From NCBI GenBank assembly GCA_963781585.1, contig CAWAGQ010000001.1, forward strand, positions 33,492 to 97,491: 64,000 nucleotides of DNA. Direction: 5' to 3'. Shown one piece after another: positions 12,969 to 23,627 of the stretch. Source of the stretch: an uncultured Gemmatimonadaceae bacterium. GTDB lineage: Bacteria; Gemmatimonadota; Gemmatimonadetes; Gemmatimonadales; Gemmatimonadaceae. The translations under genes were made by a program, and so were the position numbers. Positions within the stretch are counted from its first letter, which is position 1. The number at the start of each line of letters is the position of its first letter. A model generated the notes under the pieces. That model was not told where the DNA came from. It saw only the letters and a list, made by a program, of their open reading frames with translations, and searched no databases.

Positions 12969-14645
12969 TCAGGGGAGCCCGTACGACACCGGTGGCACCG
13001 ACGCGCCGTGGCACCCTCTCGCCGGCCGCGGGGGCACGCGCAGATTGGCCACGGGCTGCACACCGGCCGAGTCGGCGGCAGAGCCGTCTGTCAGATCGTA
13101 GAGCCAGGCACCGACAGATCCGTCGTCGAGTTGCATGTCATGGTTCGCGCGCTCCACGTGGTAGAGCTCGTGCCCGATCTGGTTGGCACGGTGGAGGATG
13201 ATTGCTGGGTCGTTGAGCCGTCCCGCGGGGACGAAGACGATCCACACGCGGCGATGCCCATGCAGCAGATCGAGCTCGCGACCATACATATCGAGGTCGC
13301 GGGCGTGACAGGTACCGAGCAAGGTCGGAAAACCGGCGAGGCCGGCGCGCGGGCCGTACCGCGTCCAGACGTGCCAGCTGCTGTAGGGCACGTAGAACAC
13401 GTCGCCCGCCCGCGCGCGCTGGGCGACCGCTTCGAACACCGGTCGCACATCCTGGACGTAGTAGGGTGGGCGATGAATCACCAGCCAGCCTAACGAGGGC
13501 AGGGCGGCGAGCGATGCGACCGCCGTCGCGCGCCACAGGCGCTCCTGCCCGAACGTCAGCTGAATCCCTGCCGCAATGCCAGCCGCGAGAAGAAGGGCGA
13601 GCTGCGGCGCCAGGAAGACGCTCAGCCGGCCCCCGAAGGGATACTGCCGGAACGCCGCGGCCAGCAGCGCGATCGCCAGCGGACCGAGCAGGAGCATCAC
13701 CGAGCGCCGGTCGCGACGCCAGAGCTGCACCGCGCCCAGCGCGGCCACAAAGACGCACACGCGACCGATCGGGGCGTTCATCAGCCCGTCAAACTCGACG
13801 CGGATCATGTAGAACGGCCAGCGCAAGTCGGCGACGGACGTGGGCGGAATGGTCGGGAAACTGGCGCGCCAGGTGTTACTCAGGAATGCCAATGTGTCCG
13901 GTGCGACGTGGGCGCGCGCAAACAGGACTGACGCGACGGCAGAGGCCGCCCAGGTTGCGACAATCGTCAGGAGCCGCGCGCGCTCGTTGCCGCGCACGTG
14001 GACGGAGTCGAGTAGCAACACTGCGCCCGCGGCCGCGAGCACGAACACCGCGGGTAGCGAGAACCAGGGCGCCGCGACACCGCACACCGCAAGGGCGACC
14101 CGCGCCCGGGTGCTCCGCGCCCGCGGAATGAGCACGGCCAGCAGCGTGACGCCCGCCGAAATGGCGAGATCTCCCGCGTACTGCTTCCCTTGGGCGGCCC
14201 ACCAGATGGTGCGCGCCGAGAGCCCGAGCAGCAGAACGGGAAGAAACGCCAGGCTCGGCGCGAAATACGTCCGGGCCAGTCGTGCCGTGAAGATGAGGCC
14301 GGCGATCGTCATGGCGAGCGCGTAGGCGCGCAGCGCCAACTCGGCGGGACCGAACATCGCCACGGCGAGTTTCTCGATGGCGAGGAATCCGGGTGGGGCT
14401 ACCTGATCGAAGTCCAGGGGACGGTGCAGCAGCCCGCCCAGCGATCGGTCGACCACGTTCCGGGCGATCGCCATTTCGTCCACCCAGAGCGACGGATCGG
14501 AGAAGTACTGCCAGGCCGCCAGGGCGATCCCGATCAGGACCGCAACGACCAGGAGCCGATTCCCGTCGACCCACGAGCCGGACTGTTCCCGTTCGGCGGG
14601 AGCGGTCACCCCGTTCACGGGCGACACATTGCCTTCGACCTGCAC
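12969..14645 (-). CDS. GT-C-fold (ArnT/PMT-like) membrane glycosyltransferase
   Basis: SLWVDE motif after the first TM, then APPGF, ELALR and YPFGGR; multi-TM body with a soluble C-terminal domain. Start uncertain. Confidence 0.7.
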   Translation of the reverse strand: MQVEGNVSPVNGVTAPAEREQSGSWVDGNRLLVVAVLIGIALAAWQYFSDPSLWVDEMAIARNVVDRSLGGLLHRPLDFDQVAPPGFLAIEKLAVAMFGPAELALRAYALAMTIAGLIFTARLARTYFAPSLAFLPVLLLGLSARTIWWAAQGKQYAGDLAISAGVTLLAVLIPRARSTRARVALAVCGVAAPWFSLPAVFVLAAAGAVLLLDSVHVRGNERARLLTIVATWAASAVASVLFARAHVAPDTLAFLSNTWRASFPTIPPTSVADLRWPFYMIRVEFDGLMNAPIGRVCVFVAALGAVQLWRRDRRSVMLLLGPLAIALLAAAFRQYPFGGRLSVFLAPQLALLLAAGIAAGIQLTFGQERLWRATAVASLAALPSLGWLVIHRPPYYVQDVRPVFEAVAQRARAGDVFYVPYSSWHVWTRYGPRAGLAGFPTLLGTCHARDLDMYGRELDLLHGHRRVWIVFVPAGRLNDPAIILHRANQIGHELYHVERANHDMQLDDGSVGAWLYDLTDGSAADSAGVQPVANLRVPPRPARGCHGASVPPVSYGLP

Positions 14646-14746
14646 ACGAGCGAAATCATGCCGTCCTCAAGACCGCTGCGTGGTGAGCGCCGTCATTCGC
14701 GCGACGTGCGCGGTGATTTCTGAGCGTGTGCGGAGCTCCTGGTCGC

Positions 14747-16993
14747 CTACCGCAGTCCGATCCGCTCCACCATCGCCTTGAATCGCGGATCGCCGCGCAG
14801 CGGCTCGTAGCCGGGATCGAGGTGGAGATAGATCAGGCCCGCCGACCGCGCCTGATACGCGCGGTCGAGCGCCACGAACGCCTTGTCGAGGTCGCCCACG
14901 GCGGCGTGACCCATCGCCAGGTACTCGGCTCGGATGTATTGCTGCCGTGACTGGTCCTCCAGCCGACTGAGAATCTCCTCAGCCTCATCGCGGCGGCCCA
15001 GTGTGGCCAGCGCTCGCACGATCATGGCGTCGTACGTGCGAACCGCGCTGTCGATCGACTGGCCGCGCTGAAACCAGTCGAGCGCCACCTCCGCTTCGCC
15101 TTGAGCCAGATGCGCGCACCCGATCCACAGGAAGGCGCGCACGTATTCATCGTCCAGCTCGAGCGTCCGATGTCCCTGCGCGATCGCGCCGGTGGGATCG
15201 CGTGCGTACAGGAGGAACCGCGCCACCCACCCGCTGTAGTGCACGTCCAACGGGTCCAGGACGAGCGCCCTTCGTATCTCGCCGATTGCCTCACCGAGAC
15301 GCCCAACGCATGGCAGCGCCGATCCCAGCACGAAATGCGCCTCCGCGTAGTTCGGCCCCACCTGCACGGCGCGCTCGAGCTCGCGAGCACCTGCGTCGAA
15401 CTTCCACTCGTGCCAGCAGAGCACCTTGCCGATCGAAGTCATCGCCTCGGCCAGCTGCGCATCGCGCAGCAGCGCCTGTTCGGCCGCTGCCTTGCCGCGG
15501 GGATACGCATCGCTCGGCGCCACCCAGTCGTCGGCGAGGTTGCACCAGACGTCGGCGATGCCCGCGTAGGCGCGCGCGAACCCGGGGTCCTGGAGCAACG
15601 CACTCTGAAACAGATCGAGCGCCTTGCGCAGTCCGGTTTCCGTGAACTTGTGGAAATGAAATCGCCCTTTGAGGTAGGTCGTGTACGCGTCGAGGTTCTT
15701 GGTCGGAGCGACCACCTGAGTCGCGTCGACCAGCTTGAGCTTCAGGGCCTCGACGATCGAGCGGGAGATCTCGTCCTGCACCGCGAAGATGTCCTCGAGT
15801 TGGCGATCGTACGTCTCGGACCAGAGCTGATAGCCGTTCTCCACACTGACCAGCTGCGCTGCGATGCGGATGCGGTTGCCGACCTTGCGAACGCTTCCCT
15901 CCAGCACCGTGGTCACCCCCAGCTTGTCTCCGATCTCACGCACGTCCACGTCCTTCTTTCCCTTGAAGGCGAACGACGACGAGCGCGACGCGACCTGCAC
16001 GCCTGGTACCTTGGCCAGCGCGTTGATGATCTCCTCGGTCATCCCGTCGCTGAAGTACTCGTTCTCCGGATCGGCGCTCATGTTGGCCAGCGGAAGGACC
16101 GCGATGGCCTTCAGCGCCGTGGCGCTCTTCGCTTCGGGCGGCGTGCGCCCACCACCGTTCGTATCACGCACAATGGCGCGCAACGCCTCGGCGAATTCGG
16201 CCCCGGTGCGGAAGCGATCGACCGGCGTCCGCGAAAGAGCCCGGGCCAGCGTCGTGTCCACCGACTCCGGCACGTCGCGGGTGACACGGACCTTGGGAAT
16301 CGGCGAGACGAATCGCTTGGCGATGACGGCCTGCGCCGTCGGACCCGTGAACGGTGGCTCGCCGCTCAGCATCTCGTACAGCACGCAGCCGAGGCTATAG
16401 AGGTCGCTCCGCCCGTCCACCTCGCCCTCGCCACTCGCCTGCTCCGGGCTCATGTAGGTCGGCGTGCCGACCATCATGCCGGTCTGGGTCACGCTCTTGC
16501 CGCCGCTCAGGGCCTTGCCGATGCCGAAGTCGGCGACCAGCGCGGCCCCTTCGTGGAGCAGGATGTTCTCGGGCTTCACGTCACGGTGCACGACCTGGTG
16601 CCGGTGCGCGTAGTCGAGCGCCGACGCGACCTCGCCGGTGATGCGCAGCGCCTCGGGGAGCGGGAGCTGGCGCTCCCGCTCGAGCATCTGACGCAGCGAT
16701 TGCCCTTCCATGTTGGGCATCACATAGAAGAGCAATCCGCCGGCGTCGCCGGAATCGAAGACGGGCAGGATATGCGGATGCGTGAGTCGCGCAGCCATCT
16801 TGATCTCGCGCAGAAAGCGCTCGGCGCCGATCTCCGCCGCGATCTCGGGGCGGAGCACCTTGAGGGCGACGAGCCGGTCGTGGCGCAGGTCCCTCGCGAG
16901 GAAGACGACCGCCATGCCCCCTTCGCCGAGCTGTCGCTCGACCGTGTAGCGGCCCGGTAGTCCGGTCTCGAGGCGTTCCTGCAGGGCGGTCAC
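14747..16993 (-). CDS. Ser/Thr kinase with TolB-N-like and TPR domains (no TM)
   Basis: GEGGMA, VALK, HRDVKPEN, DFG, YMSPE; then IAVLPLANMS..ENEYFSDGMTEEII..LEGSVRK and TPR repeats ending LRGDPRF. Likely GTG start at 16993. Confidence 0.93.
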   Translation of the reverse strand: MTALQERLETGLPGRYTVERQLGEGGMAVVFLARDLRHDRLVALKVLRPEIAAEIGAERFLREIKMAARLTHPHILPVFDSGDAGGLLFYVMPNMEGQSLRQMLERERQLPLPEALRITGEVASALDYAHRHQVVHRDVKPENILLHEGAALVADFGIGKALSGGKSVTQTGMMVGTPTYMSPEQASGEGEVDGRSDLYSLGCVLYEMLSGEPPFTGPTAQAVIAKRFVSPIPKVRVTRDVPESVDTTLARALSRTPVDRFRTGAEFAEALRAIVRDTNGGGRTPPEAKSATALKAIAVLPLANMSADPENEYFSDGMTEEIINALAKVPGVQVASRSSSFAFKGKKDVDVREIGDKLGVTTVLEGSVRKVGNRIRIAAQLVSVENGYQLWSETYDRQLEDIFAVQDEISRSIVEALKLKLVDATQVVAPTKNLDAYTTYLKGRFHFHKFTETGLRKALDLFQSALLQDPGFARAYAGIADVWCNLADDWVAPSDAYPRGKAAAEQALLRDAQLAEAMTSIGKVLCWHEWKFDAGARELERAVQVGPNYAEAHFVLGSALPCVGRLGEAIGEIRRALVLDPLDVHYSGWVARFLLYARDPTGAIAQGHRTLELDDEYVRAFLWIGCAHLAQGEAEVALDWFQRGQSIDSAVRTYDAMIVRALATLGRRDEAEEILSRLEDQSRQQYIRAEYLAMGHAAVGDLDKAFVALDRAYQARSAGLIYLHLDPGYEPLRGDPRFKAMVERIGLR

Positions 16994-17145
16994 AGAGCCA
17001 AGATGGGCCCCGGATGGGACTGCTGCCAGCCCTTGCCCAGGGCTGCGCCTATGCACAGGTGGTGGATCATCCTGCGCGCACTCCTGCGGCGTGGGACAAT
17101 GGCGAGCGCTGGCAGCGAGGTCGTGCGTAGCGCAGCTTTCTCCCC

Positions 17146-19803
17146 ATGAGGGACGAAGCCGCAGACCGCTCCACGTCCGCCGCCTCGCGGCTCGGTGAGG
17201 CGCTGGCCGGTCGCTACGCCATCGAGCGCGAGCTGGGCGAAGGCGGGATGGCGACGGTCTACCTGGCCCGCGACCTCAAGCACAACCGACACGTCGCGCT
17301 GAAGGTGCTCAAGCCGGAGCTGGCAGCGGTGCTGGGTTCGGAGCGCTTCCTCGCCGAGATCCAGGTGACGGCGAACCTGCGGCATCCGCACCTTCTGCCG
17401 CTGTTCGATTCGGGCGAGGCCGGAGGGCTGCTCTTCTACGTGATGCCATACGTGGAGGGCGAGAGCCTCCGCGCGCGGCTCGACCGCGAGAAGCAGCTGC
17501 CGGTGGACGCGGCGGTGAAGATCGCGGTCGCAATCGCCGGGGCGCTCGACTACGCCCACCGGAACGGCGTGATCCATCGTGACCTCAAGCCGGCCAATAT
17601 CCTGCTCGAGGACGGGGAGCCGGTGCTGGCGGACTTCGGCATCGCGCTGGCGATCTCGAACGCCGGCGGCGAGCGGGTCACCCAGACCGGACTCTCGTTA
17701 GGCACGCCGCAGTACATGAGCCCCGAGCAGGCGACCGGCGACCGGGTCATCGACGGCCGGTCGGATCTCTATTCGCTGACCGCGGTGCTGTACGAGATGC
17801 TGGTGGGCGACGCCCCGCACATCGGCAGCACGGCGCAGACGATCATCGCCAAGGTGATCTCCGAGCGGCCCACCAGCGTGCGGGTGTTGCGACCAGCGGT
17901 GCCGCCGGCGCTGGCGGCCGTGATCGAGCGGGGGCTGGAGAAGCTTCCGGCCGATCGCTGGGCCACCGCGCACGAATTCGCCGACGCGCTCAAGGCGGCG
18001 GCCGCGCTCCAGACCGGAGCCATCGCGAGCGCCCCGGCGCTGTCGTCACCTCGCCGCCGCCAGACGAACTGGATTCCGTGGGCGGTCGTGGCCGCGGTCA
18101 TTGTCGCCGCCGTGCTCTGGAACCGGTTTTCCTCTCGCGGCGGCGAACCGCGGAGCGCGGTGCGCTTCCCGCTCACCCTGGCCCCCAACGAACGCATCGC
18201 CACCACCATGGGAAGCACGGTGACGATCTCGCCCGACGGCAGGTTGATTGCGTACAGCGGCGTGGGGAGCGACGGACTGCAGCGGCTGTTCGTGCGCACG
18301 CTCAGCGAGATCCGCGCGCGTCCGGTCCCCGGGACGGAGGACGCCGAGCGTCCGTTTTTTTCGCCCGACGGCCGGTGGATCGGTTTCTTCGCGCGGGGTC
18401 AGCTGGGCAAGGTCCCCGTGAGCGGCGGGGCGCCGGTAGCGATGCCGTCCCTCCGCCTCATGAACGGCGCAAGCTGGGGTCCGAACGATATGATCGTCGT
18501 CTCGACCGCCGATCACCTCAGCGTGCTGTCCGCCAATGGCGGGGCGCCGCGCCAGCTCACCCAGCTCGATTCCGCCGCCGGGGAGACGAGCCAGCGGTGG
18601 CCTCGCGTGCTCGACGACGGCAAGACCATCCTGTACACGAGCTGGCGCACGAATCTCGCCGACGCCCGCATCGCCGTCGCCTCGATTGAGGGAGGCCCGA
18701 CGACGATCCTGGACCTCCCGGGAACCTTCCCGTTAGGCGTGCTCGACGGCCAGCTGGTGTACGCCAGCGCCACCGGCGCGCTGATGGCGGTCCCGTTCGA
18801 TACCCGCCGGATGCGCCCGAGCGGTGCGCCGGTCGTGGTCGGGGACGCGGTGGTGCTCGATTCCGACGGCGCCGCCAAGGCCGAGCTCTCCCCGAGCGGA
18901 TCGCTCATCTACCAGATCGGTCGGGCCACCATGCAGATCGTCCTCGCCGACCGCAACGGCCAGAGCCGGACCGTGATCGCCGAGGCGCGGCGCTACGAGT
19001 TCCCGCGCTTCTCGCCCGACGGCAAGCGCGTGGCCTTGACCGTCACGACCGATACGTCTGCCGACGTGTGGATCGTCGACCTGGCCAGCGGAATCCGCAC
19101 GCGGCTCACCACCAGCGGGACCGCCAACGATCGTCCCGAATGGTCGGCCGACGGACAGCGCGTGCTCTACGATTCCAATCGCAGCGGGGCGTACGCCCTC
19201 TGGTGGCAGCCCGCCGACGGAACGGGCGCGCCGCAAGTACTGCTCGGCCTGCCCGGCACCGACATCCTGGAAGGCGTGGTGTCGCACGACGGCCGCTACC
19301 TTGTCTATCGGACCGGCCCCGGCGACATCTGGTATCGGCGGCTCGACGGCGACACGACGTCGCATCCGATCGCAGCGTCCGCCGGCGCGGAGTACGGGCC
19401 CCGCTTGTCGCCGGACGATCGCTGGGTGGCGTATTCATCGGACGAGTCCGGCGAACAGCAGGTGTACGTGCGACCATTTCCGTCGTTAGGTGCGCGGTAC
19501 CAGGTTTCGGTGGACGGCGGCTCGGAGCCGGTCTGGTCGGCCGACGGCAAGCGATTGTACTATCGGCGCAACCGGCTGCTCAAGGCGGCGACGTTCACCA
19601 CCACGCCGGCGTTCGCGGTGACCTCGCGCGAGGAGCTGTTCGAGGGCGACTTCATCTTCCAGGCGGTGCACGCCGAGTACGACGTGGCGCCCGACGGCGC
19701 GCACTTTCTGCTGCTCAAACTGGCCGGCTCGGACGTACAGACGATCGTGGTGCAGAACTGGATCGCCGAACTGCGTGCGCGGACTGCCGCGGGTCCGGGC
19801 TGA
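17146..19803 (+). CDS. Ser/Thr kinase with TM and PD40/TolB-like beta-propeller sensor
   Basis: Kinase motifs (HRDLKPAN, DFG, YMSPE), TM segment WIPWAVVAAVIVAAVLW, repeated SPDG/WSADG units. Confidence 0.93.
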   Translation: MRDEAADRSTSAASRLGEALAGRYAIERELGEGGMATVYLARDLKHNRHVALKVLKPELAAVLGSERFLAEIQVTANLRHPHLLPLFDSGEAGGLLFYVMPYVEGESLRARLDREKQLPVDAAVKIAVAIAGALDYAHRNGVIHRDLKPANILLEDGEPVLADFGIALAISNAGGERVTQTGLSLGTPQYMSPEQATGDRVIDGRSDLYSLTAVLYEMLVGDAPHIGSTAQTIIAKVISERPTSVRVLRPAVPPALAAVIERGLEKLPADRWATAHEFADALKAAAALQTGAIASAPALSSPRRRQTNWIPWAVVAAVIVAAVLWNRFSSRGGEPRSAVRFPLTLAPNERIATTMGSTVTISPDGRLIAYSGVGSDGLQRLFVRTLSEIRARPVPGTEDAERPFFSPDGRWIGFFARGQLGKVPVSGGAPVAMPSLRLMNGASWGPNDMIVVSTADHLSVLSANGGAPRQLTQLDSAAGETSQRWPRVLDDGKTILYTSWRTNLADARIAVASIEGGPTTILDLPGTFPLGVLDGQLVYASATGALMAVPFDTRRMRPSGAPVVVGDAVVLDSDGAAKAELSPSGSLIYQIGRATMQIVLADRNGQSRTVIAEARRYEFPRFSPDGKRVALTVTTDTSADVWIVDLASGIRTRLTTSGTANDRPEWSADGQRVLYDSNRSGAYALWWQPADGTGAPQVLLGLPGTDILEGVVSHDGRYLVYRTGPGDIWYRRLDGDTTSHPIAASAGAEYGPRLSPDDRWVAYSSDESGEQQVYVRPFPSLGARYQVSVDGGSEPVWSADGKRLYYRRNRLLKAATFTTTPAFAVTSREELFEGDFIFQAVHAEYDVAPDGAHFLLLKLAGSDVQTIVVQNWIAELRARTAAGPG

Positions 19804-19813
19804 CGAGATCTCG

Positions 19814-22511
19814 TTACTCCGCTCGCAACGCCTCGGTCGGACTGATCTGCACCGCCCGCCGAGCGGGAAGCACGCCGGCCAGCAGCGCCACCACGAGCAG
19901 CGCGACCGCCACGCCGCCCAGCACGAGGGGATCGACGGCGCTGGTCTCGAACAGCCAGGGCTCGATCCAGTGCCCGCCGGCGATGACCAGCGCCAGACCT
20001 AATGCGACCCCCGTCGCCGCGAGGGACGTGCCGCTGGCCACCACCATGCGCACGATCTGAGCGTCAGTCGCGCCGATGGCGTGCCGGATCCCGATCTCGC
20101 GCGTGCGCCAGGCGACCATGCTGGACATCAGGCTGTAGAGCCCGAGCAGCGCCACAACGAGCGCCAGTCCGCTGCTCAGGCCGAAGGTCACCATGCCGAG
20201 GCGCAGCGGATGCATCTCGCCGTCGAGGGACTCGCGCAGCCCCTTCACGTCGACCGAGCGGATCGAGGGATCGACGCGCAACATCGTCTGCTGCAGGGTC
20301 GACGACGACACCGGCGATGACCGCGTCGGCCTGACGAGTAGCGTGGCGCCGCCGAACAGATGCTGCTGCCCCAGTGGCATGTAGTACTGGAGCGACGGCT
20401 TGTCGCGCAGCCCTACGCGGTGCACGTCCTCCACCACCCCGACCACGCGGGCGCACGGCGCGGTCCTGAGCCCGATGCCCGCGCACTGTCCGATCGCGTC
20501 GCCGTTCGGCCAGAGCGAGCGCGCCATCGTCTCGCCGACAATGAGGACCGGCTCCGTTCCCTCGCGATCCTGCGCGGTGAACACCCGGCCGCGCAGCAGA
20601 CGGGTGCCGATGGTCGCGAAGTAATCCGGTCCCACGGTGCTGGCGAACGGCCCGCCTCCCGGCAGCGTGGGAATCGAGTCGCGCCCCGATATCCACACGG
20701 TCGCCGAGAACGTCCCGCCGTCGAGGGGCAGGCCGATCGCAATCGCAGCGCGCTCGACGCCCGGCAGGTGGCGCACGGCATCGACCAGCCGCCGATACAC
20801 GTCACGCTCGTTGTCGAGGTACCGGACAATCGCAGCCGAGGTATATGTCGTCCAGGGCGGCAGCTGGGCGTTCGCGGTGAGCACGCGGTCCCGGTCCACG
20901 CCGAGGTGGAGCGCGCCCACGCGCTCCAGACTGCGCAGGAAGAGCCCCGCGCACACCAGCAGCACCACCGAGAACGATGCCTGCACGAGGGTGAGTGCCG
21001 CGCGCGTGCGCGTACTTCCGGCGCCACCCGCCTGCGTCCCGGCGCGCAGCATCGCGACGAGTCGCGGATTGACTCCCTGCACAGCGGGGACAATGCCGAT
21101 GCATAGCGCCGTCGCGCCCACGAGCAGCACCGCGGCAATGAGCAACCTGGCGTCGAGGAGCGAGAAGCTCCAGGTCGCGTCGCCGGCGAACAGCGCGTGC
21201 TGCACCAGTGGCGCCGTGATCTGCACCACCCACAGGCCCACGGCCCCTCCGGCGACCGCGAGGAATGCACCTTCGAACGCGAACAGCCGCACCAGACGCC
21301 CCCGGCCCGAGCCGAGGGCGATGCGGACCGCCAGCTCGCGCCGGCGCCGCGCGAGGCGCACCAGCAACAGGTTCACCACGTTGGCGAGCGCGATCAGCAG
21401 GATCACCAGCGACACGCCGGCCAGCCAGCGCGCCATCGTCGCCTCGAACGGCTCGCGACCCGTGTCGTCATACCGGATGGGAGCCGCTCGGAGCGCAGCT
21501 TCGCGGTACCACTTCGGCGCGGCGTCGCTCGTGCGTCGGAACACGGCGGCTGCCTCCGCGCTCGCCGCGCCAAGGGTGACGCCGGGGCGCAGGCGGCCGA
21601 GGATGTTCCAGTTCGTCGTACCGGCTCGGCGCGAATCGGCGAGCGTCCAGACGTCGACGCGCCGCAGCTCGGTGCCCGAGAAGTCGTCAGGCAGGACGCC
21701 CACCACGGTAGAATGCGCGTCGCCGACGTCGATGGTCCGTCCCAGTACGTCAGGGTCGCCGCCGAACTGCCGGCGCCACACGGTCTCGCTGATCACTGCC
21801 AGCGGTCCGGCGCTCGCCGCGTCGTCGTCGGCCGAGAAGAGGCGTCCGAGGAGCGGCTGGGCGCCGAGCAAGGGGAAGAATGCGCCCATCGTGGCGCCCG
21901 CGCGGAGCCGTCGCGCGGACGTGCCTCGACCCACCAGCTCGGGAACCACGCGGTACGCGGCCACGGTCTGGAAGCTCTGCATGCCATCACGCAGGGCGAG
22001 ATACACGGGGTAAGGGATCCACGACGACGTGCGCTCGCCCGTGACCGGCTCCGTCACGGTGCCGTATATCCGTGCCAGGGTTCGACGGTTGCGTGATATG
22101 AGCGGGGTCCCGCAGCAGCAGGCGGTCCACGAGGTTGAACGCAGTCACGTTCGCCCCCACCGCCAGGCCTAACGTCAGTACGATGAAGAACGAGGGCAGG
22201 GGATCGCGCGCCAGACCACGGACCGCGTATCGTGCGTCCTGCAGGAGTGCCTCCCATCGCTCGCGCATGCGCATGACCTGGTTCCTCTCTCTGGCGGTGG
22301 AATAGAGTGCCCGCACTGTCCCGGCCTCCTGCGCGAAGAGCCGCAGCGCCTCGGCGCGCGCGGTGGCCTCGCTGGAGCCCTCGGACATGAGTTGCGCCGC
22401 GCGGAGCTCGACGTGGAGCCGCATCTCGTCATCGACGTCCCGCGCCGCGTCGCGCCAGCGGAAGTCGGTGAGTCGAAACAGCCGGCGGATGCCGGGTCTG
22501 AGCGGTGCCAT
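19814..22511 (-). CDS. ADOP-family duplicated orphan ABC permease (MacB/FtsX-like), +1 frameshift at about 22079
   Basis: N-terminal prefix domain DVDDEMRLHVE..QDARYAVRGL, then ANVVNLLL..RRRELAVRIALG and RTREIGIRHAIGA..PTEALRAE. Removing one base from the GGG at 22078-22080 joins the halves (QPSNLARIYGTVTEP). Confidence 0.9.
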
Positions 22512-22517
22512 GGTGCG

Positions 22518-22859
22518 CTACGCCGTCCGCGGGGTCTTCGACAGGATCTCCGTCACGGTCGCCGCGTACCGCATCCATTGCGCGGTCTGCTGCGTGAGGT
22601 GACGGCGGCCGGTGGCGGTGATGCGGTAGTAGCGCGCCCGGCGGTTCTGTTCGGTCACTCCCCACGCCGCGGATACGAGCCCGCGTTTCTCCATGCGGTA
22701 GAGCGCCTGATAGAGCGCGGCGTCTTCGAGGGCGAGGCGCTGGCGGGACTCGCGCTCGAGCCAGGCGGTGAGCTCGAAGCCGTGCATCGGCTGCCAGGAG
22801 AGGGCCTTCAGCACGAGCACGTCCAGCGTTCCTTTGATGACGGCGAGGGCTTCGCTCAT
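22518..22859 (-). CDS. PadR-family transcriptional regulator (acidobacterial type)
   Basis: KGTLDVLVLKAL..HGF..LYQALYRME..WGVTEQNRRARYY; directly upstream of the ADOP permease. Confidence 0.93.
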   Translation of the reverse strand: MSEALAVIKGTLDVLVLKALSWQPMHGFELTAWLERESRQRLALEDAALYQALYRMEKRGLVSAAWGVTEQNRRARYYRITATGRRHLTQQTAQWMRYAATVTEILSKTPRTA

Positions 22860-22873
22860 GCGGGCTCCGGTTA

Positions 22874-22888
22874 TCTAAGAGTCTTAGA
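22874..22888. promoter_or_regulatory. Perfect inverted repeat TCTAAGA-G-TCTTAGA, putative PadR operator
   Basis: AT-rich dyad 15 bp upstream of the padR start, in a GC-rich background. Confidence 0.6.
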
Positions 22889-23106
22889 CATTGGCCGGCG
22901 GAAGATGGTTGGCAGCGGGTAGCGTGGCAATGGGACAGGGACCGAGCCGACGGAACCTGCGGTTGGGGATTCCCGCGGCCGGAGGGGCACGAACGTCGCG
23001 TCGTGGTACCACTCCCCGGTCGGGCGCCGGAGCCTGGTGTGACCAGCCGCGCTCACGCGCCGCGCCTGCCCGGATAGATTGCGGATCCGTTTCCCGGAGC
23101 AGACGC

Positions 23107-23484
23107 GTGTCAGACCCCGCCGATTACCCGTACGAGACCCACCTCGACGTCCTGTTCCCCGCGCTCGAGGTGGTCGACGTCCAGCGGCTCGCCGACGCCG
23201 CCACGCATCCGTGGTACAACCAGACGCTATGCCGGGTGAATGACTCGGTGGTTCGGCTCGGTGTCCTCAAGGGTGAATACCACTGGCACAAGCACGACGC
23301 CGACGACGAGTTCTTCTATGTGGTCGAGGGACGATTCCTCATCGACCTGCAAGGCCGTTCGGTGACGCTGGAGCCGCGGCAGGGCTTCGTGGTGCCGCAT
23401 GGGGTGGTGCACCGCACGCGGGCGCCGGAGCGCTGCATTGTGCTGATGGTCGAGACCGCGGGCATCGTGCCGACCGGGAGCTGA
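23107..23484 (+). CDS. Cupin-domain protein
   Basis: GEYHWHKHDADDEFFYVVEG and VPHGVVHRTRA cupin motifs; GGAG upstream of GTG at 23107. Confidence 0.9.
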   Translation: MSDPADYPYETHLDVLFPALEVVDVQRLADAATHPWYNQTLCRVNDSVVRLGVLKGEYHWHKHDADDEFFYVVEGRFLIDLQGRSVTLEPRQGFVVPHGVVHRTRAPERCIVLMVETAGIVPTGS

Positions 23485-23627
23485 TCACGCGCGTGCCAGC
23501 GCGCGTCGACCGTCGCTCAGGATTTCCGTAGCCATGCGACGGCCGAGTCGACGACTGTCCGCGGATTGGTGATGACCAGATCCGGCGGAACCGGAACTCC
23601 AGAGCCCCCCTTGTCCCGATCCGCCAT

